A stretch of 55,785 nt of DNA, from positions 1 to 55,785 of the forward strand of contig JAUSJG010000030.1 of NCBI GenBank assembly GCA_030647555.1. Direction: 5' to 3'. Of this stretch, positions 17,767 to 27,325 are shown piece after piece (the first letter of the stretch is position 1; each line of letters starts with the position of its first letter). Source of the stretch: a bacterium (GTDB taxonomy: Bacteria > Patescibacteriota > Andersenbacteria > UBA10190 > CAIZMI01). Made by a program: the position numbers and the translations under genes. The notes beneath the pieces were generated by a model. The model was not told the origin of the DNA. It ran no database searches and saw only the letters and a program-made list of their open reading frames with translations.

Positions 17767-18069
17767 TTAATTTTTCGGTCCGTAGAGTTCTTGTAAACTG
17801 GATTGGATATCTTCAACTACTTTGTCTGTTTGTGGCGCCATTCGATTCACCAGGGTGTCTTGATTAGTTTGCGGAGCAGAAGATACAACGGCCGGTGGTG
17901 GTTGCGTTGGAACTGTTTGGGTTTGTGTGTTTGCGGTAGGTTGAAAAGCCTGCGTCTTTAGAGTATCGCTACTTCTTTTTGTAATCCAAGAAATACCAAA
18001 AATAGTAATCGCGATAACGATTCCAATTCCGAAACCGAAAGCTAAACCAGATGTACGATTGAGATTCAT
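17767..18069 (-). CDS. small single-pass membrane protein
   Basis: 100-aa ORF, TM LAFGFGIGIVIAITIFGISWI, then a T/Q/P-rich segment. Confidence 0.5.
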   Translation of the reverse strand: MNLNRTSGLAFGFGIGIVIAITIFGISWITKRSSDTLKTQAFQPTANTQTQTVPTQPPPAVVSSAPQTNQDTLVNRMAPQTDKVVEDIQSSLQELYGPKN

Positions 18070-18137
18070 ATAAATTTGTTGACAAGTCTTATCTAAAAAA
18101 TATCACAAATAAGCGGTAAGCGCCATAAGGCTAAACA

Positions 18138-19052
18138 CTAATTGTTTTTAACGGCCAAAATTTGTAGCCACTCTTCTATTGAGAGGGTTTGCGCGCGGCG
18201 GGAGGGTTCTATATCCGCTTTTTTTAATATCTTGGCCGCTTCTTCCCCACTGCAATGCCAGAGGGCGTGCAAGGAGTTTTGAAGTGTTTTTCTTTTTTGG
18301 GCAAAGCCACCTTTTACTAACGAAAAAAATTCTTTTTGTAATTCTTCGGGGACTAATGGTTCTTTTCTCGTTTCCATTCTTAAAATGGAGGATTTTACTT
18401 TTGGTTGCGGAACGAATGCGGTTGGTAAAACTACCGGCCCGACAATTTTCGGTTCGGCAAAGACGTGGACGGAAATGGCGAGCACACTCATTTTGTCCGG
18501 TTTGGCGGTAATGCGTTCGGCAACGGCGGAGTCCATCAAGAAAGTAATTGAGCGCGGGCGCAGTTTCCAACCGAGGATATGGCGAATTAATTTGGACGTG
18601 ATGTTGTAGGGAATATTGCCGATTACGTCGAAGGGTACAGGGGTCAGGGTAGAGGGGACAGGCTTGTCGGATTCGGACTGAGTGAAAAAAATTAGTTCAG
18701 GATAGAGGTTCAAGATGTCGCCTTCGATTACTTTTATGCTTGGAATCTTTTTTGTTCGATGTTTCAAGAGTGGAGCTATCCGTCTATCAAGTTCAATCGC
18801 AAATATCCGTCCTGTACCATGTTCACTGTCCCCTGTACCCTTGGCCATCGCATCAGCGATGGCAAGCGTGAGTACTCCAAGGCCCGCACCGATTTCTATA
18901 ATCGGCACTTTTGGATCAGGATTTGCGGCGGAAACAATTTCATCTAATACGTTATGGTCAATTAAAAAATTCTGCCCAAAACGTTCCAGGAGAGGAAGAC
19001 CGTGGTGTTTTAGGTATTCTTCTAGGCCTGTTTGGCTGAGTAATTCGTCCAT
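18138..19052 (-). CDS. rsmA: 16S rRNA (adenine1518/1519-N6)-dimethyltransferase
   Basis: FGQNFLIDHNVLDEIV and SAM-binding IEIGAGLGVLT motifs typical of KsgA/RsmA. Confidence 0.85.
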   Translation of the reverse strand: MDELLSQTGLEEYLKHHGLPLLERFGQNFLIDHNVLDEIVSAANPDPKVPIIEIGAGLGVLTLAIADAMAKGTGDSEHGTGRIFAIELDRRIAPLLKHRTKKIPSIKVIEGDILNLYPELIFFTQSESDKPVPSTLTPVPFDVIGNIPYNITSKLIRHILGWKLRPRSITFLMDSAVAERITAKPDKMSVLAISVHVFAEPKIVGPVVLPTAFVPQPKVKSSILRMETRKEPLVPEELQKEFFSLVKGGFAQKRKTLQNSLHALWHCSGEEAAKILKKADIEPSRRAQTLSIEEWLQILAVKNN

Positions 19053-19172
19053 AGTGCTTTATGACCGTAATTATTAACTGAATAAGCGATGCTTGACAAA
19101 TCGACAATTACAATCATATTTAATGCGGTTTGAACTTTGGAACAAGAGGCCAACAAAGGGCGGAGAACCCAA

Positions 19173-19355
19173 ATGAAGATCGAAATTGCTAGCATTGTGA
19201 TTGGGCTGATTCTTGGCTTGGCTTACGGATGCTTGTATTGGTCGAAAGTGCGTCGAGCCGGCCGATCGTTGGTCTGGCATGATTGGTTGCCGTTCGTGTC
19301 GGGTTCAATTATGGCTTATGGATTGGCATATTTTACCCTGAGCATCATCTTTTGA
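19173..19355 (+). CDS. small two-TM membrane protein
   Basis: ATG at MKIEIAS with GGAG 8 nt upstream (ORF track starts at a TTG at 19137); followed by a terminator. Confidence 0.45.
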   Translation: MKIEIASIVIGLILGLAYGCLYWSKVRRAGRSLVWHDWLPFVSGSIMAYGLAYFTLSIIF

Positions 19356-19373
19356 TTTTCGGGGCGACCCACC

Positions 19374-19398
19374 ACTGCAGACCTATGTCTGCTTTTTT
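19374..19398 (+). terminator. intrinsic terminator
   Basis: GCAGACCTATGTCTGC followed by TTTTTT. Confidence 0.6.
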
Positions 19399-19399
19399 A

Positions 19400-20332
19400 T
19401 TACAGCAGTTGTTCTACTCTTACCGGTACCGTTCCCTGCCACAGTGGGGCGATGGCCGCGAAGGCGTCCGTACTCAAGTCCACGATACGGCCGGCCACGT
19501 ATGGACCTCGATCAGCTACGCGCACGATTGTTGATGCGCCTGTTTCCGTATTGATAACGCGCAGTTTTGTACCGAATGGTAACGTCTTATGGGCGGTCGT
19601 TTTGGGGTGGAAGGCGTACCAGGAGGCGCGACCGATTTCTGTACTGATGACGACTACTTTTGTGCCATGAACAGTAATTTTCGGTTTTGCTTCTTGTTTT
19701 ACTTCTTTCTTTACGACTTTTTTTAAAACTTCGACGCCGTTTTCACTGCGTATTTTATATGTGATCAAAGTAATTTTGGGTTGCCCTTCATCGATTATTT
19801 TTTCTTCACCTAATAATACTTTGGGATCGTCGCGCCATTTTTCGGTTTGTTTGGTTTCCTCTTCTTCGGTTTTTGTTACTTCGTTAACACGAGTGATTTT
19901 TATCGTGTCATCATTTTTAAGAAAGACGGAACGACCAGGTTGCACTAAGTCAATTTCACTCAAAGCAATCTTGGCTTTTTGCAAAACGTCCGTGACATTT
20001 GTTTTGTAGGTTGTAATATTGGTTGCCTTTTCTTTGCCAACAATAATGTGAATGGTACGCTGGCGCGAAATATAAACATTATTTACCGATTGGATTGGCG
20101 TGTTGGCAGGAGGAATGAGCCAGTCGCTTCCGCCCCACTTGATATTGGCGGTGTTGAGGGTGTCGGCGACGGTAGACCCGCTTCTGGGCAAAGTGAGCCA
20201 AACATCGTCGTCGTTAAGATATAGAGGTTGGATATAGGAAGGTTTGGGTGGCTCTTGAGCGTGCAAGAAGGACGCAAAGCAGAAGATGCCGGCGAGCATC
20301 AGGGGCAATAGTTGTTTATCGTGTTTTGGCAT
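19400..20332 (-). CDS. secreted DUF348-G5-RlpA-like (double-psi beta-barrel) cell-wall protein
   Basis: signal peptide; G5-like EKIIDEGQPKITLITYKIRSENG; C-terminal GRASWY...TAHKTLPFGTKLRV...VRVADRGPYVAGRIVDLS typical of the RlpA DPBB. Confidence 0.7.
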   Translation of the reverse strand: MPKHDKQLLPLMLAGIFCFASFLHAQEPPKPSYIQPLYLNDDDVWLTLPRSGSTVADTLNTANIKWGGSDWLIPPANTPIQSVNNVYISRQRTIHIIVGKEKATNITTYKTNVTDVLQKAKIALSEIDLVQPGRSVFLKNDDTIKITRVNEVTKTEEEETKQTEKWRDDPKVLLGEEKIIDEGQPKITLITYKIRSENGVEVLKKVVKKEVKQEAKPKITVHGTKVVVISTEIGRASWYAFHPKTTAHKTLPFGTKLRVINTETGASTIVRVADRGPYVAGRIVDLSTDAFAAIAPLWQGTVPVRVEQLL

Positions 20333-20393
20333 TGATAGATAGTACTATAGCAGATGAGGAATTGAACGCGAGGGGTTAGCGTTTAAGAGTGAT

Positions 20394-20428
20394 GTCTTTG
20401 CGAGGCGCTTCAGCGCCGAAGCAATCTT
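20394..20428 (+). repeat. 35-nt GTCTTTGCGAG-hairpin-GAAGCAATCT element
   Basis: GTCTTTGCGAGGCGCTTCAGCGCCGAAGCAATCTT. Confidence 0.6.
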
Positions 20429-20434
20429 ATGGTT

Positions 20435-20671
20435 GTATATTGTATTTGGTATATAGTATATGGAATTATTTTCCGTATTCTGTTTTAATGTCCAGATGCA
20501 ATTATCGTATGTTTCGGTAATAATTTTGGGCAATTCCAGCCGTCGCTAAAGCTATGGCCGGCAGGCATGAATTGCCCCTACAGCGGACGAATATGCTATT
20601 TAATTTCATTTGAGATTCAGGTGAAATATATTGTTTGTAGGTTCATATACTATATACCAAATACAATATAC
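20435..20671. repeat. 237-nt segment bounded by perfect 28-bp inverted repeats (MITE-like)
   Basis: GTATATTGTATTTGGTATATAGTATATG at 20435-20462 and its exact reverse complement at 20644-20671. Confidence 0.65.
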
Positions 20672-20720
20672 AAATCTTGGTATAGTAAAGGATGCGATTT
20701 TAGAAGAAGTATATAGGAAA

Positions 20721-22934
20721 CTACACACTACTTTCTACACACTTCTCCAGCGGCGCTACCGTTCCATCCAACATTTTTGTACCGACTTTGAACTTGATAA
20801 ACAAGATTGTGCCTTGGATTTTTTCGATTATACCTTCGCCAAATGTTTCGTGGCGCACACGCTCACCGGGGGCGTAGGCCAGTTCTTCTTCGGCAAACTC
20901 GCGCGCTTCGTCCATGAATGAACTGCCGATAATGCCGTTAGCAAGTGGCGCGTCTTCCGTGTCGCCACGGTAGTCTTTGATGTCGTCCAAGAAACGGGAC
21001 GGGTTGGTTTCCACCATTTTGCCGTAGATGGTGCGGGTGCGGGCATAAGATAGAAAAAGTTCCTCACGGGCGCGGGTGATGGCCACATAACAAAGACGAC
21101 GTTCTTCTTCCAGTTGCGAATCCATTTCCAGCGAATTTTGGTGTGGTAGTAATCCTTCCTCCATGCCGGCCACCGCGACGATTGGAAACTCCAAACCTTT
21201 GGCGGCGTGGATGGTCATCATCTTAATGCGCTGACGGTTTTCGTCTTTGGAAGAAGATTTTTCCGCGTCGGAAATAAGCGCCAACTCTTCAATAAATTCA
21301 GCAAGATTGTCGTGACGATTGGCGACCGTGGCTAATTCCATGACGTTTTCAAATTTGTTGTCGCCAAGGTCGGAACGGCCGTGGGTTCTCTCACTTTCCT
21401 CGCGCAAATAATTCTTAAACTGAATCTTGCGAAGCAGTTCATCAAAAATAATTACCGGTCGGGTATTTTCTATTTTGCTTCTTAACTCATCGATGATAAC
21501 GGCTAATTGATCTAGGCTTCCACGACGGGCTTCAGGGATGCCGGCACGATTTACCGCATCTAATGGTGTACCCCCGTTTTGGCGGGCTTGCTGGAGCAGA
21601 ATTTCCACTGAACGATCTCCTACCCCACGTGTTGGCACGTTCGCCATGCGCCGAAAAGCCAATTCGTCGTTAGGGTTCAAAATAAAACGGAGGTAAGCGA
21701 TGATATCGCGGACTTCTTTGCGTTCATAAAAAGTTAATCCGCCAATGATTTCATATGGTGTGCCGGTGTGTAGACAAGCTTCTTCCAAGGCGCGTGATTG
21801 GGCGTTGGTGCGATACAAAATAGCCGCGTCGGACGGCCGATACTGGAGCGTGCCGAATAATTTTTGGAACTGGCGGAGGATGCGACGCCCTTCATCTTTT
21901 TCATCGATGGCGCGAATTAGAAATGGGGCTTTGCCGGCCGGGTTTTGCGTCCACAAATCCTTTTTAAAACCTTCGGCACTTTTGGAAATAACTTGGTTGG
22001 CCGAGAGCAGGATTGCTTGTGTTGAGCGATAGTTTTGATCGAGGGTGATCACTTTACATCCTTCAAAATGGTCCGGAAAATTGCGGATGTTTTCGATCTT
22101 GGCACCGCGCCAACCATAGATAGATTGGGCGTCGTCTCCTACTGCGCAGACATTGTTGGTGGTGCCGGTAAGTAACTTTAGCATTTGAAATTGGCAGTTG
22201 CTGGTGTCCTGGTATTCATCAACAGAAATATACTGAAATTGTTTTTCATATTTTGCTCTAACATCTTCGTGGTTTTTTAAAATTTGCACGGTGGTGTGCA
22301 AGAGGCCGTCAAAATCAATCGCGTTTAGTTCCTTCAAGCGGTCTTCATAAGCGCGCCAAAGTTTGGCAACACGTCGTTCCCACACATCGCCGGCCGATGT
22401 TTCGGCGTAGGTGTAGTCGTGCATATCGTCTTTGTATTTGGCGATTTTACTTAAGATAGATGCCGGGTTGACGTCTTTGGGAGAAAGACTAGCGTCAACG
22501 ATAGCAGATTTCATTATTGAGCGCGATTCATCAGTATCGTAAATGGTGAATTGTGGTGGCAAACCAACCAGACTGCCTTCTTTACGCAAAAAACGGGCGC
22601 AGAAGCTGTGGAAAGTGCCCATAGTAGGCACTTCCGCTTTGCGGCCGATTAGTTTCACAATCCGCTCACGCATTTCGCGCGCGGCTTTATTGGTGAAGGT
22701 TAAGGAAAGAATATTTTCCGCCGAGACGTTTTTATCTTTAATAAGATAGGCGATACGGTGCGTGAGTGTTTTTGTTTTGCCGGATCCTGCTCCCGCGATA
22801 ATCAAAACCGGTCCATTGGTGGTGATGACGGCTTCGCGTTGGTTGGGATTAAGGGAATCAAGTAAATCATTTTTTTTGTTTACTCCGAGTGCAATCGAGG
22901 AGTGAATTTCCGGAGCTTTTTTTTGGGACGACAT
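20721..22934 (-). CDS. pcrA: ATP-dependent DNA helicase, UvrD/PcrA family
   Basis: Walker A AGAGSGKTKTLTHRIAYL, SF1 motifs (VDEYQDT, TIHAAKGLEF); start at MSSQKK chosen (ORF extends to 22979). Confidence 0.85.
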   Translation of the reverse strand: MSSQKKAPEIHSSIALGVNKKNDLLDSLNPNQREAVITTNGPVLIIAGAGSGKTKTLTHRIAYLIKDKNVSAENILSLTFTNKAAREMRERIVKLIGRKAEVPTMGTFHSFCARFLRKEGSLVGLPPQFTIYDTDESRSIMKSAIVDASLSPKDVNPASILSKIAKYKDDMHDYTYAETSAGDVWERRVAKLWRAYEDRLKELNAIDFDGLLHTTVQILKNHEDVRAKYEKQFQYISVDEYQDTSNCQFQMLKLLTGTTNNVCAVGDDAQSIYGWRGAKIENIRNFPDHFEGCKVITLDQNYRSTQAILLSANQVISKSAEGFKKDLWTQNPAGKAPFLIRAIDEKDEGRRILRQFQKLFGTLQYRPSDAAILYRTNAQSRALEEACLHTGTPYEIIGGLTFYERKEVRDIIAYLRFILNPNDELAFRRMANVPTRGVGDRSVEILLQQARQNGGTPLDAVNRAGIPEARRGSLDQLAVIIDELRSKIENTRPVIIFDELLRKIQFKNYLREESERTHGRSDLGDNKFENVMELATVANRHDNLAEFIEELALISDAEKSSSKDENRQRIKMMTIHAAKGLEFPIVAVAGMEEGLLPHQNSLEMDSQLEEERRLCYVAITRAREELFLSYARTRTIYGKMVETNPSRFLDDIKDYRGDTEDAPLANGIIGSSFMDEAREFAEEELAYAPGERVRHETFGEGIIEKIQGTILFIKFKVGTKMLDGTVAPLEKCVESSV

Positions 22935-23108
22935 GTGGGTGATTGTAGCACGGGGACCGCCAAAAATCCCAAACTCCAAACCCCAATGACCAACAAAATC
23001 CTAATTATTAAAAATCCAAAAACAAACGTTTTGGTCATTTGAGTTTTTGAGCATTTGTTTGGACATTGGGGTTTGGTCATTGGGATTTTTTATATTTGTC
23101 ACTTCCCC

Positions 23109-23136
23109 TTGACGCCTTTTGGGCACCATGTAACAT
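23109..23136 (+). promoter_or_regulatory. sigma70-like promoter candidate for the M23 peptidase gene
   Basis: TTGACG - 16 nt - TAACAT; would give a leader of about 140 nt. Confidence 0.35.
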
Positions 23137-23281
23137 AGGTCTTGTCGCAGCGCGTCAGTCTTTTACAGTAATTACGTAGTAAACGGCTAACGCAAGCGAA
23201 AAAAGGTTATAAACCAACCTTTTAGTCCAAGTGATTCATCAGTGATTTCCTTTAGTTAGTGCCAATAGGGGGGCGCATGTA

Positions 23282-24736
23282 ATGCGCGGGGGCAAACTAC
23301 TTAGAACTAGGTTTTATAGTAGTTTGGGTGCCTTTAGGAATCCAAGAAGAGAAAGGTCCGCTATTACTTCCTTTTCCCTCTGGGGTCGTCTGAAAAATCG
23401 CAAAAATTCGGATTCAGCGCTCCAAAGTGCCCAAGAAGGTGGCATCGTAGCGACAACTCATAATAAGCGTGCTTTTGGTGATAAGTTCAAGGTGCGTTTT
23501 CGTCGAGAATCTCTCGATATCGGACTCTGGCTCCGAAAATTGCCTGTGATCCGGGTGTCTCCACGGCTTTTACGTCTTTTGCCGAGAGGAAGATTCTCGA
23601 TTTTCAAGGAATATGTGGTGCATTTGGTAGTGCTTCTGATTGTTATTGGTGTGGTGTTTACAAATTTTGCCACCGGCGCGGCCGATCGTGGCAGTATGCT
23701 TTATCGTTTGTTTAGCGAAGCGGAAATTGAAGAAGGGCCGTTAAATACAAAGGCACTCCGTGAGGCGGCTTTGTCTTCTGTTACGGGGCGCAATTACGCC
23801 TTGGCGCAAGTTCCCTCTTCCGGCGGTATTACAGAAAATGACTTGGAGTTTCAACTTTCCAATACTTTGGATGGCAACGCGCTTCTTTCAACCGAGGAAC
23901 CAATTACATCCAACACGCAGACCGATCAGACGCAGAAACAAAAAAGTACTTTTGCATATTCTGTGCGTGAAGGTGATACGCCTTCAACGATTGCGGCTAA
24001 ATACGGCGTTAGTACCAATACAATCCTTTGGGCGAACGGTATTCATGATGGTGACACGATAAAAACAGGTGATATTTTGGTGATATTGCCGGTTACGGGT
24101 GTTCTCCACGAAGTTAAAGATGGTGATAATCTTGGTTCAATCGCCAAGAAATACAATGTTAAGTTGGAAGACATTGCTTCCGAAAATCACTTGGCCGATG
24201 CGGGAAGCCTGAAGATTAGTCAAAAATTAATAATTCCAGACGGTTATGTTGCACCAGTAACACAGCGACGAGTGGTGGCACAAGCGCCTGCCGATACAGC
24301 GGATAATTCCGACAATAGTGACGGCAGTGATCATACAGATCATCCAAAACCGGACGAAACACCAGCCAAACCGACAATTGGCGGTGGCTTTATTTGGCCG
24401 ACGGCCACCAAAAAACTGTCTCAATATTATGGTTGGAATCATACGGGGATTGATATTCCCAATCGCGCCTTGCCCCCGGTTTATGCGGCAAAGGCCGGTA
24501 CAGTTTCCTTTAGCGGTTGGTTGGGTGGTTATGGACACCTGATTATTGTTGATCATGGTAATTCAACTAAAACTTATTACGCTCACTTATCAAAAGACTT
24601 TGTAAAGACGGGAGAAGTTGTAAAACAAGGCGAGGTGATTGGAAATGTCGGTTCTACCGGTCGTTCTACCGGTCCGCATTTGCACTTCGAAATTCGTAAG
24701 AACGGAAAACCTACGAATCCGCTTAGTTACTTTTGA
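23282..24736 (+). CDS. LysM-domain M23 family metallopeptidase
   Basis: one TM; two LysM repeats (YSVREGDTPSTIAAKYGV, HEVKDGDNLGSIAKKYNV); M23 motifs HTGIDI and GSTGRSTGPHLHFEIR; exact start uncertain. Confidence 0.85.
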   Translation: MRGGKLLRTRFYSSLGAFRNPRRERSAITSFSLWGRLKNRKNSDSALQSAQEGGIVATTHNKRAFGDKFKVRFRRESLDIGLWLRKLPVIRVSPRLLRLLPRGRFSIFKEYVVHLVVLLIVIGVVFTNFATGAADRGSMLYRLFSEAEIEEGPLNTKALREAALSSVTGRNYALAQVPSSGGITENDLEFQLSNTLDGNALLSTEEPITSNTQTDQTQKQKSTFAYSVREGDTPSTIAAKYGVSTNTILWANGIHDGDTIKTGDILVILPVTGVLHEVKDGDNLGSIAKKYNVKLEDIASENHLADAGSLKISQKLIIPDGYVAPVTQRRVVAQAPADTADNSDNSDGSDHTDHPKPDETPAKPTIGGGFIWPTATKKLSQYYGWNHTGIDIPNRALPPVYAAKAGTVSFSGWLGGYGHLIIVDHGNSTKTYYAHLSKDFVKTGEVVKQGEVIGNVGSTGRSTGPHLHFEIRKNGKPTNPLSYF

Positions 24737-24776
24737 GCGAGACTCGCCCCGATGGGCGGTCCGCTTAGTTACTTTT
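24719..24776 (+). repeat. 16-bp direct duplication of the gene 3' end flanking a 26-nt GC-hairpin insert
   Basis: CCGCTTAGTTACTTTT at 24719-24734 and 24761-24776 around GAGCGAGACTCGCCCCGATGGGCGGT. Confidence 0.7.
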
Positions 24777-24896
24777 AGAAATAAACTCAAACAAGGAAGC
24801 AGGGTAAAAGGCCTTGCTTTTTTGTTGGATGTTTATCACTCTGTCTTTGGGTTGTTCCAGTTAAAACTTATTGTCTTTTGCACTAAGGAGTCATAC

Positions 24897-25853
24897 ATGT
24901 TATTGCGCGGAATTTATTATCGTCCCGTATTTAACGCGTCCGGAGCGCGGGGACCTTTTGGGGAAGGCTACAAAGCAGATCGTCTCTGGGGACCACTGAG
25001 GGCGCGTTTCGGTAACTGCGGTTTTAACGCCAAAACCACGACGTTGCTTGCCAATGCAGGCAATATGCCCATGCGGCCGGATGGAATTACGCCGCAGGAA
25101 ATTTTTCCTCGGTGTATTTATGTCGATATTTTCAAGGAAATTATGCTTAATGCGGTGGGCTTAAGCGGTCCAGGCTTGGAATTTCTGCTTAATGACGGAC
25201 GCTGGCAGGCACGAATGGAACCATTTTTCATTTCGTTTAGCCCTATCGGCAAAACACGTGATGAGCGCCTGGACGAGACGCAGGTGTTCGTGGATTTGCT
25301 ACAGCCACTTTTACCTTCGTTTCGATCACGTGTCGGTTTGGAGATTGACATTTCCTGCCCGAATGTCGGTCACGATCCCAATGAATGGATTTATGAAGTG
25401 CTGCACCTGCTGGATATTACTCTGGTGCTGAATATGCCCCAGCAATGTAAATTCAATGCGGTGGCTTCACCGGAGCTGGTGTCGGAAGTTTGCAGTCATC
25501 CGGCGTGCGACGCTGTTGTGGTGTCAAACACGATTCCTTGGTTGATGCTGCCGGAATGGATTGATTGGCATAAGCTTTTTGGAATGAGTGTTTCACCGTT
25601 GGCGCGTCGGGGTTTCAGTGACGGCGGGTTGTCCGGTTGGCCACTTCTACCGATTGTCTGTAACTGGATCAGAGAGATCAGAAAAAGAGGTTTCAAAAAA
25701 CCAATTTGGGCGTGTGGCGGGATTGATTCGGTTAGGGCGGTTGATAAAGTGCACGTGGCCGGTGCCAGTGGTATTCAAGTCGGATGCGTCAAAAGCCTGC
25801 GTCCATGGCGAGTGCCGGGCATCATCCGACGGGCGCACGAGTTGTTTGAGTAG
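24897..25853 (+). CDS. pyrD: class-1 dihydroorotate dehydrogenase-like flavoprotein
   Basis: ATG at 24897 with AAGGAG 6 nt upstream; NASGARG, NAVGLSGPG, EIDISCPNV (active-site Cys motif), GGLSG, ACGGI..GASGIQVG. Confidence 0.65.
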   Translation: MLLRGIYYRPVFNASGARGPFGEGYKADRLWGPLRARFGNCGFNAKTTTLLANAGNMPMRPDGITPQEIFPRCIYVDIFKEIMLNAVGLSGPGLEFLLNDGRWQARMEPFFISFSPIGKTRDERLDETQVFVDLLQPLLPSFRSRVGLEIDISCPNVGHDPNEWIYEVLHLLDITLVLNMPQQCKFNAVASPELVSEVCSHPACDAVVVSNTIPWLMLPEWIDWHKLFGMSVSPLARRGFSDGGLSGWPLLPIVCNWIREIRKRGFKKPIWACGGIDSVRAVDKVHVAGASGIQVGCVKSLRPWRVPGIIRRAHELFE

Positions 25854-25922
25854 TATTTTCTTTCGTTAATCACAGGTCTTCAGTGGCCTGTTTTTTAATT
25901 TGGCTCATATTTTTTTCAAAAG

Positions 25923-25952
25923 AAAAAACCGCCAGGGTGTGGGGTGGCGGTT
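25923..25952 (-). terminator. intrinsic terminator candidate for 25960-26274
   Basis: AACCGCC...GGCGGTT stem with an A-run on the plus strand. Confidence 0.55.
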
Positions 25953-25959
25953 GGACTGC

Positions 25960-26274
25960 TTAGGTTGCGGTTGTGGCAACTGTGGCGTTTTTCGGTTCGA
26001 GAGCCGTTCGAACCTCGTTTATGATTGCGCTCATTTCTTCTTGAATCCACTCCTTTGAGTCTTCTTCGCTGAACGTTAAGCAGATAACTCTGTTGTCATC
26101 TATAACGAGTCCTGTTTTCACGGGCAGGTCACTGTAATTCGGGCCAGAATAGCAGAAAACTACTCGTCCAGTTGTGTCAGCCTCGACAAAGAAATCGTCA
26201 TGCTTTCCAAGTTCATTGAGAAACCTGGTAAACAAAGCAGTCATGGACTGGTGGATCTGGTGATTGGGTAGCAT
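25960..26274 (-). CDS. hypothetical protein
   Basis: 104-aa ORF with AGGAGGG SD upstream. Confidence 0.55.
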   Translation of the reverse strand: MLPNHQIHQSMTALFTRFLNELGKHDDFFVEADTTGRVVFCYSGPNYSDLPVKTGLVIDDNRVICLTFSEEDSKEWIQEEMSAIINEVRTALEPKNATVATTAT

Positions 26275-26410
26275 TACGAGCCCTCCTTTATCCTGTGTGT
26301 AAAGTGCGCCCCCTCTAATTAAATTGTAGAACTATTAAATTGCAAATACAAAAAACTGAAGCAGTTCAGTTTTTTGTGACAGCCGTCCGACTCCCGTTAA
26401 GCCAATGTTG

Positions 26411-26505
26411 CTCCGAAATCTTCGCGCGTCCGAGCGCGAAGATTTCGGAGTTCTTCGATTCTTGTGCAAAACAACCAAACAGGATGTTTGGTTGTTTTGT
26501 GTACA
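26411..26505 (+). repeat. multi-hairpin trailer element, copy 1
   Basis: CTCCGAAATCTTCGCGCGTCCGAGCGCGAAGATTTCGGAG + TTCTTCGATTCTTGTGC + AAAACAACCAAACAGGATGTTTGGTTGTTTT. Confidence 0.7.
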
Positions 26506-26529
26506 TTAGGATTGTTTTGCTTCGCAAAT

Positions 26530-27150
26530 TTAAACAATAGGTTGCCTGAGAATTGTTCGCAATTTCTTTGGTGCAGTTTTCCTCATATCACTCAAATAAA
26601 TTTCGTGATGTTTTTGAACTAATCCGTCAAAGGCATACCCATTTTCTTTTATGAAAGTATGAAGGTTGGCGATAGTTGGTCCTTCGTCTTTGTATGCACC
26701 AATATACAAAATTTGTGCACAAAGACTCTCATCTAGTGTCTCAAGATGGAGTTTGCTTAAAGCGGGTAATTCCTTTTTAGATTTTACTTCCTCAAAAGCC
26801 GTATCAAACATTTTTTTAGTTACAAAATTTGGTTGAACAATAAATATTTTCCATTTCCATAAATCTTTGTTTTTTATGGAAAAATCCCTCATATCATCCA
26901 TCCACCACAACCCCTCTAGTGGCATAACCGCGAAATCTTTATTTAATTTCTTACATGCAAATTTGATTTTATATACCATCGAGTAAAGTGCTTCTGTTGC
27001 ATTTTTAAATTCTACAGACGTGTTTGGATTCCCTTGACCGATCACAGAAATGATCGTTTGTTTGGATACGGTAACAAACGAAGGTTGCTTGGCCGAAGGA
27101 CAATAAAGTTGTTTTAGTTCTTTCTTGAGATCAAGTTTCATAATTTTCAC
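26530..27150 (-). CDS. GyrI-like small-molecule-binding domain protein
   Basis: LYCPSAKQPSFVTV, PLEGLWWMDD, W.WKIFIVQPNFVT, HHEIYLSDMRKTAPKKLRTILRQPI are typical of the GyrI-like/effector-binding family. Confidence 0.7.
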   Translation of the reverse strand: MKIMKLDLKKELKQLYCPSAKQPSFVTVSKQTIISVIGQGNPNTSVEFKNATEALYSMVYKIKFACKKLNKDFAVMPLEGLWWMDDMRDFSIKNKDLWKWKIFIVQPNFVTKKMFDTAFEEVKSKKELPALSKLHLETLDESLCAQILYIGAYKDEGPTIANLHTFIKENGYAFDGLVQKHHEIYLSDMRKTAPKKLRTILRQPIV

Positions 27151-27220
27151 TGTAATTTGATACTTTTTTGTAAGTTTATGATCATTTTATGTAAGTTTCT
27201 AATTACTTCTGTACACTTTG

Positions 27221-27291
27221 AGCGGGTAACGGGAGTCGGACCCGTTTCTCTATCTTGGCAAGATAGCATAATACCGTTATACGATACCCGC
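27221..27291 (-). tRNA. tRNA-Gly(GCC)
   Basis: manual fold: acceptor GCGGGTA/TACCCGC, anticodon arm CTATC-TTGCCAA-GATAG, T arm ACGGG-TCCGACT-CCCGT, discriminator T; D stem weak; no encoded CCA. Confidence 0.7.
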
Positions 27292-27325
27292 GTGGTTAAT
27301 AATGTAATGGATAACCTCGGATTTT

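Noticed and set aside
23137-23281. Long leader upstream of the LysM-M23 peptidase gene, examined for a c-di-AMP (ydaO-type) or other riboswitch
   Set aside because: I could not find the conserved ACGGGG/CCCA-type pseudo-symmetric elements, only a small GCGCATGTAATGCGC hairpin over the start region. The leader length itself depends on an unverified promoter and start codon.
24639-24896. N-terminal 86-codon extension of the pyrD-like ORF in the ORF track
   Set aside because: The extension overlaps the M23 gene end and the duplicated or inserted segment. ATG 24897 has an AAGGAG SD 6 nt upstream, and homology-like motifs begin right after it.
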